Position numbers and translations under genes: made by a program. DNA of 64,000 nt. It comes from an uncultured Gemmatimonadales bacterium. Lineage in GTDB: Bacteria > Gemmatimonadota > Gemmatimonadetes > Gemmatimonadales > GWC2-71-9. Below are positions 38,890-47,475 of this stretch, in pieces. The stretch spans positions 64,001 to 128,000 of the forward strand of contig CAVYSW010000009.1 in the NCBI GenBank assembly GCA_963771275.1, in the 5' to 3' direction. Numbering within the stretch: the stretch's first letter is position 1; every line of letters begins with the position of its first letter. Under the pieces are notes generated by a model. That model saw nothing but the letters and a program-made list of their open reading frames with translations, was not told the DNA's origin and ran no database searches.

Positions 38890-41535
38890 TCAGCGCCCCG
38901 GGACGGGGTGCGGGCCGGTGACGGCGACGGTATCGCTCACGACCCCCGTCGTCGCGGCGTCGGCGAGACCGCGGAACCCGGGCTGCTTGCCTCCCACGCT
39001 GATGGCGAACGCCCCCGGCTCGATCACACGCCGATTGGCGGTGTCGATCACCGACAGCTGTCGCGGCGCGAGCGCGAAGGCCACGCGCCGGCGCTCGCCG
39101 GCCTCGAGATGGATGCGGCGGAACCCCGCGAGCGCCCGGATCGGGACCGGCACGGACGCCGCGAGGTCGGTGACGTACAGCTGGACGACCTCCTCGCCAG
39201 CGCGGGTCCCCGTGTTCGCAACCTCGACCGAGATCAACACGCTGTCGCCGGCCCGCACCGCCGCCGGCACCCGCAGGTCGCGATAGGCGAACGCCGTGTA
39301 GCTCAGGCCGTAGCCGAACGGAAACAGCGGCTCGCCGGTGAAGTAGCGGTATGTCCGCCCCTGCATGCGGTAGTCGGTGAACGGCGGGAGCTGTTCAACG
39401 GAGCGGTAGACCGTGACCGGGAGCCGCCCCGCCGGATTCTCGTCGCCGAACAGCACGTCTGCGAGCGCCGTGCCCGCCGCCTGGCCGGGATACCACGCCT
39501 CGACGATTGCCGGCACGTGCTCGACCGCCCAGTTGATCGCCAGCGCGCTGCCGTTCAACAGCACCAGCACCACGGGCTTCCCCGTCGCCACGACCGCGCG
39601 GAGCAGGTCCTCCTGCGGTCCGGGCAGGCCGAGGTCCACCCGGTCACCCCCGAGGAAGCCGGGCACCTCGACCGGCATCTCCTCCCCCTCGAGCCGGGGC
39701 GAGAGCCCCAGCACCATGACGACGACATCCGCCGCGCGGGCGGCGGCGAGCGCGTCCGACCGCAGGCCGGAATCCGGCCTGGCCCAGACGAGCTGGACTT
39801 GGGCGTCGGCCCGCCGGTCCTGGTATTCGACTCGGAGCGCGTGCGGCACGCCGGCCGCGAGGTCGACGGTCGCCCACTGGGTGAGCACGACGTGCCGATC
39901 GGAGAACTCGACCAGCAGGGAATCGTCGAGCAACAGGCGCACGGCACCGAACGCCCGGAGGCCGAGCGCGTAGCGTCCCGAAACCGGCGGCGTAAGCCGG
40001 CCCGTCCAGCGGACCGAGAAGCTGTCGGCGGGCATGCCCAAGAGCGGCGCCGCGTCCCACCACGTGAAGTCGAGCGCACTGTCGGCGCGGGTCGCGAACG
40101 GCGCCCCCGTGAAGTCGTGGTTGGCGAAGTACTGCCCGGTGAGCGCGAGCGCGCCGGCCGGCACGACCTCGAACGACGGGGTGTTGGGCGCGACGTCGCT
40201 GCCCCGGGCGTAGAGCACGCGGGTTCCGGGCGCGACCGCGCGGCGGAGCCCCAAGAGCGGCGTGACGGGGTCCGTGGGGATGCCGTTGTAGTTCCCCAGC
40301 AGCACGTCCACGTCGGCGGCGTTGGGACCGATCACGGCCACGGTGCCCAGGTCCTTGCGGAGCGGCAGCAGCCCGCCCGCGTTCTTGAGCAGCACGATCG
40401 CCTTGCGCGCCGCTTCCCGCGCCAGCATACGGTGCGCCGGCGCGTCGTTGACGCTCGCGGGAATCGCGGCGTACGGTACGCGCGCCGGCGGGTCGAACAT
40501 GCCGAGCCGGAAACGCGCGCGGAGCAGGCGGGCGAGCGCCGTGTCCACCTGCGCCGTGGTGACGAGGCCCTGCGCGACCGCCTGCGTGAGACTCGCGTAC
40601 TCGGGCCCGCAGGAGAGATCGGTCCCGGCCTTCAGGGCCAGCGCGGCGGCCTCGGCCTCCGTGGCCACCATCTTGTGACCCTGGGAGATGTCGGTGATCG
40701 CCCAGCAGTCGGACACGACGTAGCCGCCGAATCCCCACTCGCCGCGCAGGATGTCGTGGAGTAGCAGCGGGCTCGCGCAGGCCGGCTGCCCGAGCACCCG
40801 GTTGTACGCGCACATCACCGACCCCGCGCCGCCTTCCACCACCGCCATCTCGAAGTGCGGCAGGTAGGTCTCGCGGAGATCCCGCTCGTCCACCACGGCG
40901 TCGAAGCTGTGGCGCTCCGGCTCGGGACCGCTGTGCACGGCGTAGTGCTTCGGCGTGGCTACCGTCTTGAGGTAGCGCGGGTCGTCGCCCTGCATGCCCT
41001 TCACGAACGCCACGGCCAGCCGGCCGGCGAGGTACGGGTCCTCGCCGTACGTCTCCATGCCGCGGCCCCAGCGCGGATCGCGGAAGATGTTGATGTTGGG
41101 CGACCAGAACGTGAGCCCCTCGTAGATCCCGCGCCGGCCCTGGCGCGCGGCCTCGTGGTGCTTGGCGCGCGCCTCGTCCGAGATCACCGTGGCCACACGG
41201 TGCAGCAGGTCCGTGTCCCAGGTCGCGGCCAAGCCGATCGCCTGCGGGAACACCGTGGCGCGGCCGGCCCGCGCCACGCCGTGGAGCGCCTCGTTCCACC
41301 AGTTGTATGCCGGGATGCCGAGCCGCGGGATCTCCGCCGAGGTGTACTGTAGCTGCGAGACCTTCTCCGCGAGCGTCATGCGGCCAATCAGGTCCTTCAC
41401 CCGCGCTTCGAGCGGCTGGTCGGGGTCGAGATACGCGACCGCGGCAGCCGGCTGCGCGGTCGGTTGCGGCGGCTGCGCGGCACAGGCCGCGAGGAGCGCG
41501 AGGCACGGCGGGAACACGGCGCGTCGCAGCGGCAT
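38890..41535 (-). CDS. GH3 beta-glucosidase/xylosidase with PA14 and Fn3-like domains, lipoprotein
   Basis: WWNEALHG, WSPNINIFRDPRWGRG, KHY, VSDCWA, PLFPFGYGLSYT; LAAC lipobox. Confidence 0.95.
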   Translation of the reverse strand: MPLRRAVFPPCLALLAACAAQPPQPTAQPAAAVAYLDPDQPLEARVKDLIGRMTLAEKVSQLQYTSAEIPRLGIPAYNWWNEALHGVARAGRATVFPQAIGLAATWDTDLLHRVATVISDEARAKHHEAARQGRRGIYEGLTFWSPNINIFRDPRWGRGMETYGEDPYLAGRLAVAFVKGMQGDDPRYLKTVATPKHYAVHSGPEPERHSFDAVVDERDLRETYLPHFEMAVVEGGAGSVMCAYNRVLGQPACASPLLLHDILRGEWGFGGYVVSDCWAITDISQGHKMVATEAEAAALALKAGTDLSCGPEYASLTQAVAQGLVTTAQVDTALARLLRARFRLGMFDPPARVPYAAIPASVNDAPAHRMLAREAARKAIVLLKNAGGLLPLRKDLGTVAVIGPNAADVDVLLGNYNGIPTDPVTPLLGLRRAVAPGTRVLYARGSDVAPNTPSFEVVPAGALALTGQYFANHDFTGAPFATRADSALDFTWWDAAPLLGMPADSFSVRWTGRLTPPVSGRYALGLRAFGAVRLLLDDSLLVEFSDRHVVLTQWATVDLAAGVPHALRVEYQDRRADAQVQLVWARPDSGLRSDALAAARAADVVVMVLGLSPRLEGEEMPVEVPGFLGGDRVDLGLPGPQEDLLRAVVATGKPVVLVLLNGSALAINWAVEHVPAIVEAWYPGQAAGTALADVLFGDENPAGRLPVTVYRSVEQLPPFTDYRMQGRTYRYFTGEPLFPFGYGLSYTAFAYRDLRVPAAVRAGDSVLISVEVANTGTRAGEEVVQLYVTDLAASVPVPIRALAGFRRIHLEAGERRRVAFALAPRQLSVIDTANRRVIEPGAFAISVGGKQPGFRGLADAATTGVVSDTVAVTGPHPVPGR

Positions 41536-41861
41536 GGCATCCTCCCTCGGTCCTCGGGGTCGCGGGGAGCTGACCGCCCTCTGGACGGCCGCCCCGCGGG
41601 GCCGCTGGGAATCTCCGCCCGGGTCGGGCGTGCGGCAACCGGCCGGCCGGCGCTTGACGCCCACTTGACGCCCCTGCGCCAGCGTCCCGGCACCAACGCT
41701 CCGATGAGGGCATCCCATGCGCGTCCCGGAGCCTCGGTTTCGCGGTGCGGATCGGGTGCTGACGCCGCGCCGCAGGGCGTCGTTCGCTTGCGGAGATCGC
41801 GCCCCGCTGCCGAGACTTGGGGAGTCCCCCCTCTTCCCCAGTACCTCCGCGTGGAGCGGTC

Positions 41862-42932
41862 ATGACCGGTTCTGACAACGTCGCCGATCTGCGCCGGCGG
41901 CTCGGTGAGATCGACGCCGAGTTGCTGGCGCTCGCCGCGGAACGCATTCGCATCGGCCGCGCCGTGGGCGAGGCCAAGCTGCGTGACGGCCTGCCGACGG
42001 TGGACTACGCCCAGGAGCGGGTCGTGCTCGATCGCGCCCGGGCGGCGGCGCGGCAGGTCGGGCTCGCCGAGCCCGTGGCCGAGGATCTGCTGGCCGGGTT
42101 GATTCGCGCGTCCGTGACGGCGCAGGAGGCAGATCGGGTGCGGGGCGCCGCGGTGGGCACCGGGAAACGCGCGGTCGTGGTCGGCGGCGCCGGGCGGATG
42201 GGCGCCTGGTTCGCGGAGTTCCTCGCCGCCCTGGGCTACCGCACGGCGATCGTCGACCCCGCGGCATCGGCGCTCGAGAACGAGCGCGGGCGCTCGAGCC
42301 TCGCCGAGGCCGACCTCGTGCTGTGCGCCACGCCCCCGCGCGTGACCGCGGACCTGTATGACGCGTGGTGCAGCGCGCCGCCGCGCGGGGTGGTCTGCGA
42401 CATCGCGAGCATCAAGACGCCCATCGTAACGCCGATCGCGCGGCTCCGCGCGGCGGGCGCCGGGGTCGCCTCCATCCACCCGATGTTCGGGCCGGGCACG
42501 GTGCTGCTGCGCGATACCGACGTGGTCGTCTGCGACACCGGCGACGCGGAGGCGCGGGCCCTCGTGGAAGCGCTGTTCGCGCCCACGACCGCGCGCCTCG
42601 TGCGGCTGCCGCTCGCCGAGCACGACCGCGTCATGGCCGACCTCCTGGCCCTGGCGCACGCCACGGCCATCGGGTTCTCCCTGGCGCTCCCCGCGGACGA
42701 CCATCCGGTGCGGAGCACGACGTTCCAGGCGCTGGAGCGGATCGCGGCGGGTGTGGTGCGGGAGAGTCCGGCGGTCTACTACGAGATCCAGGCCGCCAAC
42801 CCGCACGCGGCGGCGGCGGTGGCCCGCCTGCGCGCCGCGCTCGACCGGCTGGCGGGCGCGGTGGCCGGCCAGGATGCCGCCGGCTTCGCCGCCCTCATGG
42901 CGGAAGGGACGCGCCGCACGCCCGGGGCGTGA
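41862..42932 (+). CDS. tyrA: Chorismate mutase / prephenate dehydrogenase fusion
   Basis: LRRRLGEID mutase helix; GGAGRMG, DIASIK, HPMFGP, EHDRVMA. Confidence 0.85.
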   Translation: MTGSDNVADLRRRLGEIDAELLALAAERIRIGRAVGEAKLRDGLPTVDYAQERVVLDRARAAARQVGLAEPVAEDLLAGLIRASVTAQEADRVRGAAVGTGKRAVVVGGAGRMGAWFAEFLAALGYRTAIVDPAASALENERGRSSLAEADLVLCATPPRVTADLYDAWCSAPPRGVVCDIASIKTPIVTPIARLRAAGAGVASIHPMFGPGTVLLRDTDVVVCDTGDAEARALVEALFAPTTARLVRLPLAEHDRVMADLLALAHATAIGFSLALPADDHPVRSTTFQALERIAAGVVRESPAVYYEIQAANPHAAAAVARLRAALDRLAGAVAGQDAAGFAALMAEGTRRTPGA

Positions 42933-42944
42933 CGATCGCGCGCC

Positions 42945-43859
42945 CTACCACTTCTTCCAGCGCCAGACGGTCCCCACGGCGAACGCCGAGATCAGAGCGA
43001 ACAGCATGATGATCCAGAATGCGTACGGATGGCGCTGGAGCGGGATCGTGACGTTCATCGAGAAGGCGCTCACCACCAGGGTCGGCAGCATGATCCCGAT
43101 CGTGATGATCGTGAGCGTCTTGATGAGCTGGTTCAGGTTGTTGCTCACGATCGACGCCCGCGCGTCCATCAGGCTGGAGAGAATGTTCGAGTAGATCTCC
43201 GCCTGGCGGTAGCACTGCTGGTTCTCGATCGCCAGGTCCTCGAGCAGCTCCTGCTGCTCCGGGGTGAAGCCGGTGCGCGGCGCGTTGTTCCGCAGCTTCT
43301 CGATCACCACCGCGTTGGCGTTGAGCGCGTTCAAGTAGTACACCAGGCTCTTCTCCAGGGTGAACAGGTTGAGCAGATGCTTGTTCTCCATGGAGCGGTT
43401 GATCTTCGCCTCCACCTGATCGGAGATCATCGTGATGGTGCGCAGGTGCCCGAGGAAGTGCGCGATCGTGGAGGACAGGACCCGCAGCAGCAGGTCCGCC
43501 GGTCCGGCGGCGGCCGCGAGCGGCTTCCCTTCGAACAGCGGGACCTCGTCGGACAGCACGACGACCAGGCGCTCCTTGAACAGGAACAGCCCGGTGGACA
43601 GGACCCTGAACACCAGGTCGTCCTCCGCGCGGTACGTCTTGGGGCGCTTGAACACGACCGCGAGGTGCTCGGGCTCGAATTCCAGGCGGGACACCTCGTC
43701 GGGATCGAGCGCCGAGTTCAGCGTGTGCTCGTCCACCCGCAGCGTTTCCACGAGGTAGCGCTTCTCGGCGGAGTCCGGGTTGAGGGCCACCAGGATCGGC
43801 GCGGACTCGGAGGACGAGGGAACGATCTTGCCCGCCTGAAGCTCAAGCGTCTGGAGCAT
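42945..43859 (-). CDS. CorA family Mg2+ transporter
   Basis: SALDPDEVSRLE, NNLNQLIKTLT, PT..SAFSMNV, two C-terminal TMs; CAGGAG RBS. Confidence 0.9.
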   Translation of the reverse strand: MLQTLELQAGKIVPSSSESAPILVALNPDSAEKRYLVETLRVDEHTLNSALDPDEVSRLEFEPEHLAVVFKRPKTYRAEDDLVFRVLSTGLFLFKERLVVVLSDEVPLFEGKPLAAAAGPADLLLRVLSSTIAHFLGHLRTITMISDQVEAKINRSMENKHLLNLFTLEKSLVYYLNALNANAVVIEKLRNNAPRTGFTPEQQELLEDLAIENQQCYRQAEIYSNILSSLMDARASIVSNNLNQLIKTLTIITIGIMLPTLVVSAFSMNVTIPLQRHPYAFWIIMLFALISAFAVGTVWRWKKW

Positions 43860-43912
43860 CGGTGACTCCTGCGGTTCGGGTCGTGCGGCGCTCGACGGCG
43901 CCACGCCCCGCA

Positions 43913-44457
43913 CTAGTGCTCCTGGTGCGCCCCGGCGTCCGGTGCGGGCGTCATCTGGTGCTGTTCCCCATGCGCCGGCATCCGGTGCGATCCCACGATC
44001 CCCTGCCGCATGGCGACGGACCACAGGCCCGCGGCGAGCACGGCGGCCGCCATCAGCCGGCGGAACCGGATGTCCCGCGCCACGACGCGTCGCACGCCGA
44101 GGGCCACCGCGGAGAGGGCCGGCAGGGTCCCCGCCCCGAACGCGAGCATCGCGAGCGCGCCTTCCGCCGGCCGCCCGAGCGCCACCGGCACGCTCAGCGC
44201 CGCGTAGACCAGCCCGCACGGCAGCAGCCCGTTCACCACGCCGAACGCGTAGCGCATCGCGCCGGCCGGGTTGCCCGCGACGGCGCTCCCCAGCTGCTTC
44301 AGCCCGGGGATGACCACCCGGGGCTCCGGCACAGGCCCGCCAGGCCCGCCGCAAACCACACCATGAGACCGATCGAGACGAGCGCCGCGAGCCAGGAGGG
44401 TCCGGGCACGAGCGAGCCGGACGCGCCCGCCAGGCCGCGGGACGGCTCAGCCCGCCA
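43913..44457 (-). pseudogene. Frameshifted, 5'-truncated DsbD_2/TauE-like membrane protein
   Basis: NGLLPCGLVY and FGAGTLP in one frame; upstream TM segment in another, joined by a 1-nt deletion near 44332; N-terminal HCxxMCG absent. Confidence 0.7.
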
Positions 44458-44459
44458 CG

Positions 44460-45575
44460 TCAGAGCGGCTTCTGATACACCCGGTACTTCTTGACCAGCT
44501 TCGCCCCCCACCGCTCCATCTCGGCCCGAACGAGCGTGTTGCTCTCGAGCTCGTGGTGGGTATCGAACACGGTGAATCCGGCCGCGTGCGCCGAGCGCAG
44601 CATCTCGCGGCCCATCAGCATGTCCACACCCCGTCCCCGGTGTTCTTCCTTGATACCGCCGAGCAGCAGGTCGAGCTGCTTGGCGCGCTTGCCGGCCCGG
44701 AGCACGTGGATGAAGCCGAACGGGAACAGGCGGCCGCGTGCCTTGACGATCCCCTCGTAGAGGTTGGGAATGCCGATCATGAACCCGACGACTTCGCTGT
44801 CCTTCTCCACCACCTTGACGAACCGCACGTCGAGCAGCGGCACGAACTTGTCCGCCAGGGCCCGCATCTCCTCGTCGTCGAGCGGCGAATAGCCGTACAC
44901 GCCGACGAACGTGGCGTTCATCAGACCGAGGACCGGCAGGATGTAGCGCCGCGCCTCCCGCTTGTTCTTGAGCCCCACCTCGCGAAAGCCGCGGCGCTCG
45001 ACGCGCTCCGCCACCTTGCCCATCAGCGGCGGGACCTCCGCCATCACCGGGACGTGGTAGACGAAGTAGTCCACCTCCTTCGTGTACCCTTCCACCTCGA
45101 GGAACCGCGGCACGAACGGGAAGTTGTAGTAGGTCACGATCGTGGGCGGGTGCTCGAACCCTTCGATCTGAAACCCCTCGGGATCCTGGTCGTTGAAGCC
45201 GAGCGGCCCCACGCTCTTGGTCATCCCCTGGGTACGCCCCCACTCTTCGACGTAGCCGAGCAGCGCGTGGAACACCTCGGGATCCTCGCCGGACTCGAGG
45301 CACGAGAAGCGCACGTTCCGCTCGTTCATCTTCTCGTTGTGGCGGCGGTTGATGATCCCCATCACGCGGCCGACCGGCGCGCCGTCCCGCCAGGCGAGCG
45401 CCATCGTGGCATCGCAGTACCGGAACGCGAGGTTCTTCTTCGGGTTGAACCACTGGCGCTCGTCCCAGTAGATCGGCGGCATCCAGAGCGGGTGGTCGCG
45501 GTGGAGCACCTCGGGCAGATACATGAATCGCCGCAGATCGCTACGCGACACAACAGGCACGATTCGGACGGTCAT
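44460..45575 (-). CDS. YghO-like double-GNAT-fold protein
   Basis: WMPPI...NPKKN, VGRVMGI, GPLGF, YYNFP, GRLFPFG, ELESN. Confidence 0.75.
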   Translation of the reverse strand: MTVRIVPVVSRSDLRRFMYLPEVLHRDHPLWMPPIYWDERQWFNPKKNLAFRYCDATMALAWRDGAPVGRVMGIINRRHNEKMNERNVRFSCLESGEDPEVFHALLGYVEEWGRTQGMTKSVGPLGFNDQDPEGFQIEGFEHPPTIVTYYNFPFVPRFLEVEGYTKEVDYFVYHVPVMAEVPPLMGKVAERVERRGFREVGLKNKREARRYILPVLGLMNATFVGVYGYSPLDDEEMRALADKFVPLLDVRFVKVVEKDSEVVGFMIGIPNLYEGIVKARGRLFPFGFIHVLRAGKRAKQLDLLLGGIKEEHRGRGVDMLMGREMLRSAHAAGFTVFDTHHELESNTLVRAEMERWGAKLVKKYRVYQKPL

Positions 45576-45689
45576 CCTTGCACCCGCGGGTCTCGAGGTT
45601 ACCGGGCTGTCGGGCTGCGGTACGCGCCTCGGGACAAAACCTACCACTGGAATGGGAGCCTGCAAGGCTGTTCCCGGAAGGAGGCCTCC

Positions 45690-45729
45690 GCAGCCGCCGA
45701 GCCCGGCCGCAGCCGGGCTCGGCGGCTGC
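45690..45729 (-). terminator. Perfect 18-bp GC hairpin
   Basis: GCAGCCGCCGAGCCCGGC-CGCA-GCCGGGCTCGGCGGCTGC immediately after the stop at 45737. Confidence 0.65.
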
Positions 45730-45736
45730 CTCGGGG

Positions 45737-46810
45737 TCAGAACAGCAGGTGGGCCTCCAGGCTCCAGCGGTCGAGATCCGTGGTCGCCTGGGGAATGTCG
45801 GCCAGCAGCGTGTAGAACCCCGCGAGCCGCACGAAGGCCACCGGGAAGAACTCGAGCCCGAACCGCGCGCGGACCTTCTGATCTTCGGGGACGTCGAGGT
45901 TCTTGTCGAGGTACCCGTAGGTGACCTTCGCGTTGAGCCCGCGCCGCACCAGCCAGTCCGCCTCCGCGTAGGCGGCGAGCTGCCGCACGGTATCGCCCTG
46001 CACCGGCGTGTCCCGCACCCAGTCGACCTCGCCCAGCAGCGCCAGCGGGCCCAGCGCGACCCCGCCAAACGAGCCCACCGCGTCGCGCCGGCTGCTTGCC
46101 GTGCTGTTGCGCGACGCCGACGCGCCCAGACGCCAGCGCCGGAAGATCACCGCGGCGCTGGACGTGATCTGCTTGCCGTTGTCGCTCTCGGCCGCGCCCA
46201 CCGAGCCGTTGGTGAGCGCGACGGACACGGTCAGGGGGCCCGGCTCGAAGCCCACCTCCACCCCCTGGTCCGGCGTGTAGTAGGTGAACCCCGTGCGCTC
46301 CCGCACGAACTCGGCGTTGTCCGGGAGGCGGAGCCCGTAGGGGAGCAGGAACTTGCCCGCCTTGGCGTAGCCGTTCCCCGGGAGCCGGCGCACCATGCCG
46401 AACGCCTCGCGCGCGACCGCGCGGTCCGGCCCGACGGTCTGATCGATGTACAGCGTGAGGCGGTCTTCGAGCAGGCGCGCCGCCACGTAGAGCTGCGCCT
46501 CCTCGAGCTCGAGCGCGGTCTGCGGCGTCGCGGCCTTGAACGTCCCGGACCCGTCGAGCCGCAGGTCCCACCCGATGCTGAGAAAGTCGCTCAGCGTCTT
46601 CCGAACGATCGCCCCGGCCGGCCGCATCGGCAGCTGCGTCTGGGCGAAGATCGCGCCGTAGTCGGTGCGGTTACCGCCGCCCGTGACGTTGGTGTGGCAC
46701 TGGGAGCACTTGAGGCCGGTCCGCACCGACAGGTACGGCTCGGCGACCGCTGGCGTGACGATCGTGACGAAGGCGACCGCGCCCAGCACCACTCCGACGG
46801 GGAATCGCAT
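45737..46810 (-). CDS. Outer-membrane beta-barrel with N-terminal c-type heme motif
   Basis: Signal peptide AVA-EPY, CSQCH, AGKFLLPYGLR, amphipathic strands, terminal Phe. Confidence 0.75.
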   Translation of the reverse strand: MRFPVGVVLGAVAFVTIVTPAVAEPYLSVRTGLKCSQCHTNVTGGGNRTDYGAIFAQTQLPMRPAGAIVRKTLSDFLSIGWDLRLDGSGTFKAATPQTALELEEAQLYVAARLLEDRLTLYIDQTVGPDRAVAREAFGMVRRLPGNGYAKAGKFLLPYGLRLPDNAEFVRERTGFTYYTPDQGVEVGFEPGPLTVSVALTNGSVGAAESDNGKQITSSAAVIFRRWRLGASASRNSTASSRRDAVGSFGGVALGPLALLGEVDWVRDTPVQGDTVRQLAAYAEADWLVRRGLNAKVTYGYLDKNLDVPEDQKVRARFGLEFFPVAFVRLAGFYTLLADIPQATTDLDRWSLEAHLLF

Positions 46811-46821
46811 GTGAGCCTCGC

Positions 46822-47268
46822 TCAGTTGTTGGGGGCGCCAGCCGCGATCCAGGCGCGAATCGTGGCGATCTCCGCGTCGCTGAGCGGGGGAGCCCCCAGC
46901 GGCATCCGGCCCCCGGAGCCGCCCAGCTCGCCGGGCGTGCCCTCGATCTTGTGCACCAGGTAGCTCGAGTCGGGCAGCGACGGACGCACTCGGAAGAAGC
47001 CGGGCGCTTCCTGGGCGGGCACGTTCACGATGCTGGCGTACGCGAGCCCGGCGCTCAGATTCTGGCCGAGCACCGGGGCACTCCCCGCATGACAGCCGGA
47101 GAGCGCGCAGTTCGCCGTGAAGATCGGCTGGACGTCCCGGGCGAGCGAGATCGAATCGGGCGGGCCGCCCGACCCGATCGGATTGCCATCCGGGTCCAGC
47201 CCCGTCCCATCACCGACACAGGCCACCACCCCACTCGCCACCAGCAGCACGCACACCGTTCGTCGCAC
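46822..47268 (-). CDS. Monoheme cytochrome c lipoprotein (CX4CH)
   Basis: VVAC lipobox; DVQPIFTANCALSGCH, SYLVHKI, RMP, IRAWIAAGA; GGGGAGG RBS before GTG. Confidence 0.8.
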   Translation of the reverse strand: MRRTVCVLLVASGVVACVGDGTGLDPDGNPIGSGGPPDSISLARDVQPIFTANCALSGCHAGSAPVLGQNLSAGLAYASIVNVPAQEAPGFFRVRPSLPDSSYLVHKIEGTPGELGGSGGRMPLGAPPLSDAEIATIRAWIAAGAPNN

Positions 47269-47321
47269 GCCACCCTCCCCGGCCGGTTCGGCCGACACCC
47301 GGACACCTGCGTTCCCGGGGT

Positions 47322-47348
47322 AACAGCAGTCCCGCCTCCCGGGTTCCC
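47322..47348 (-). promoter_or_regulatory. ECF-sigma-type promoter GGGAAC-N18-GTT
   Basis: GGGAAC CCGGG AGGCGGG ACTGCT GTT on the minus strand. Confidence 0.55.
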
Positions 47349-47392
47349 GGACGCCGTTCCCGCCATCCCGCCACGGCCTGGGGAGCAGACCC

Positions 47393-47419
47393 GGGAACCT
47401 CCCAGGCGGGTCCCGTGTT
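47393..47419 (+). promoter_or_regulatory. ECF-sigma-type promoter GGGAAC-N18-GTT
   Basis: GGGAAC CTCCC AGGCGGG TCCCGT GTT on the plus strand. Confidence 0.55.
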
Positions 47420-47475
47420 CTCGCCTCTGTGTATATGGGAGTCTGTTTGTCTGGATTTCACCTGAGGGAGGGCTC

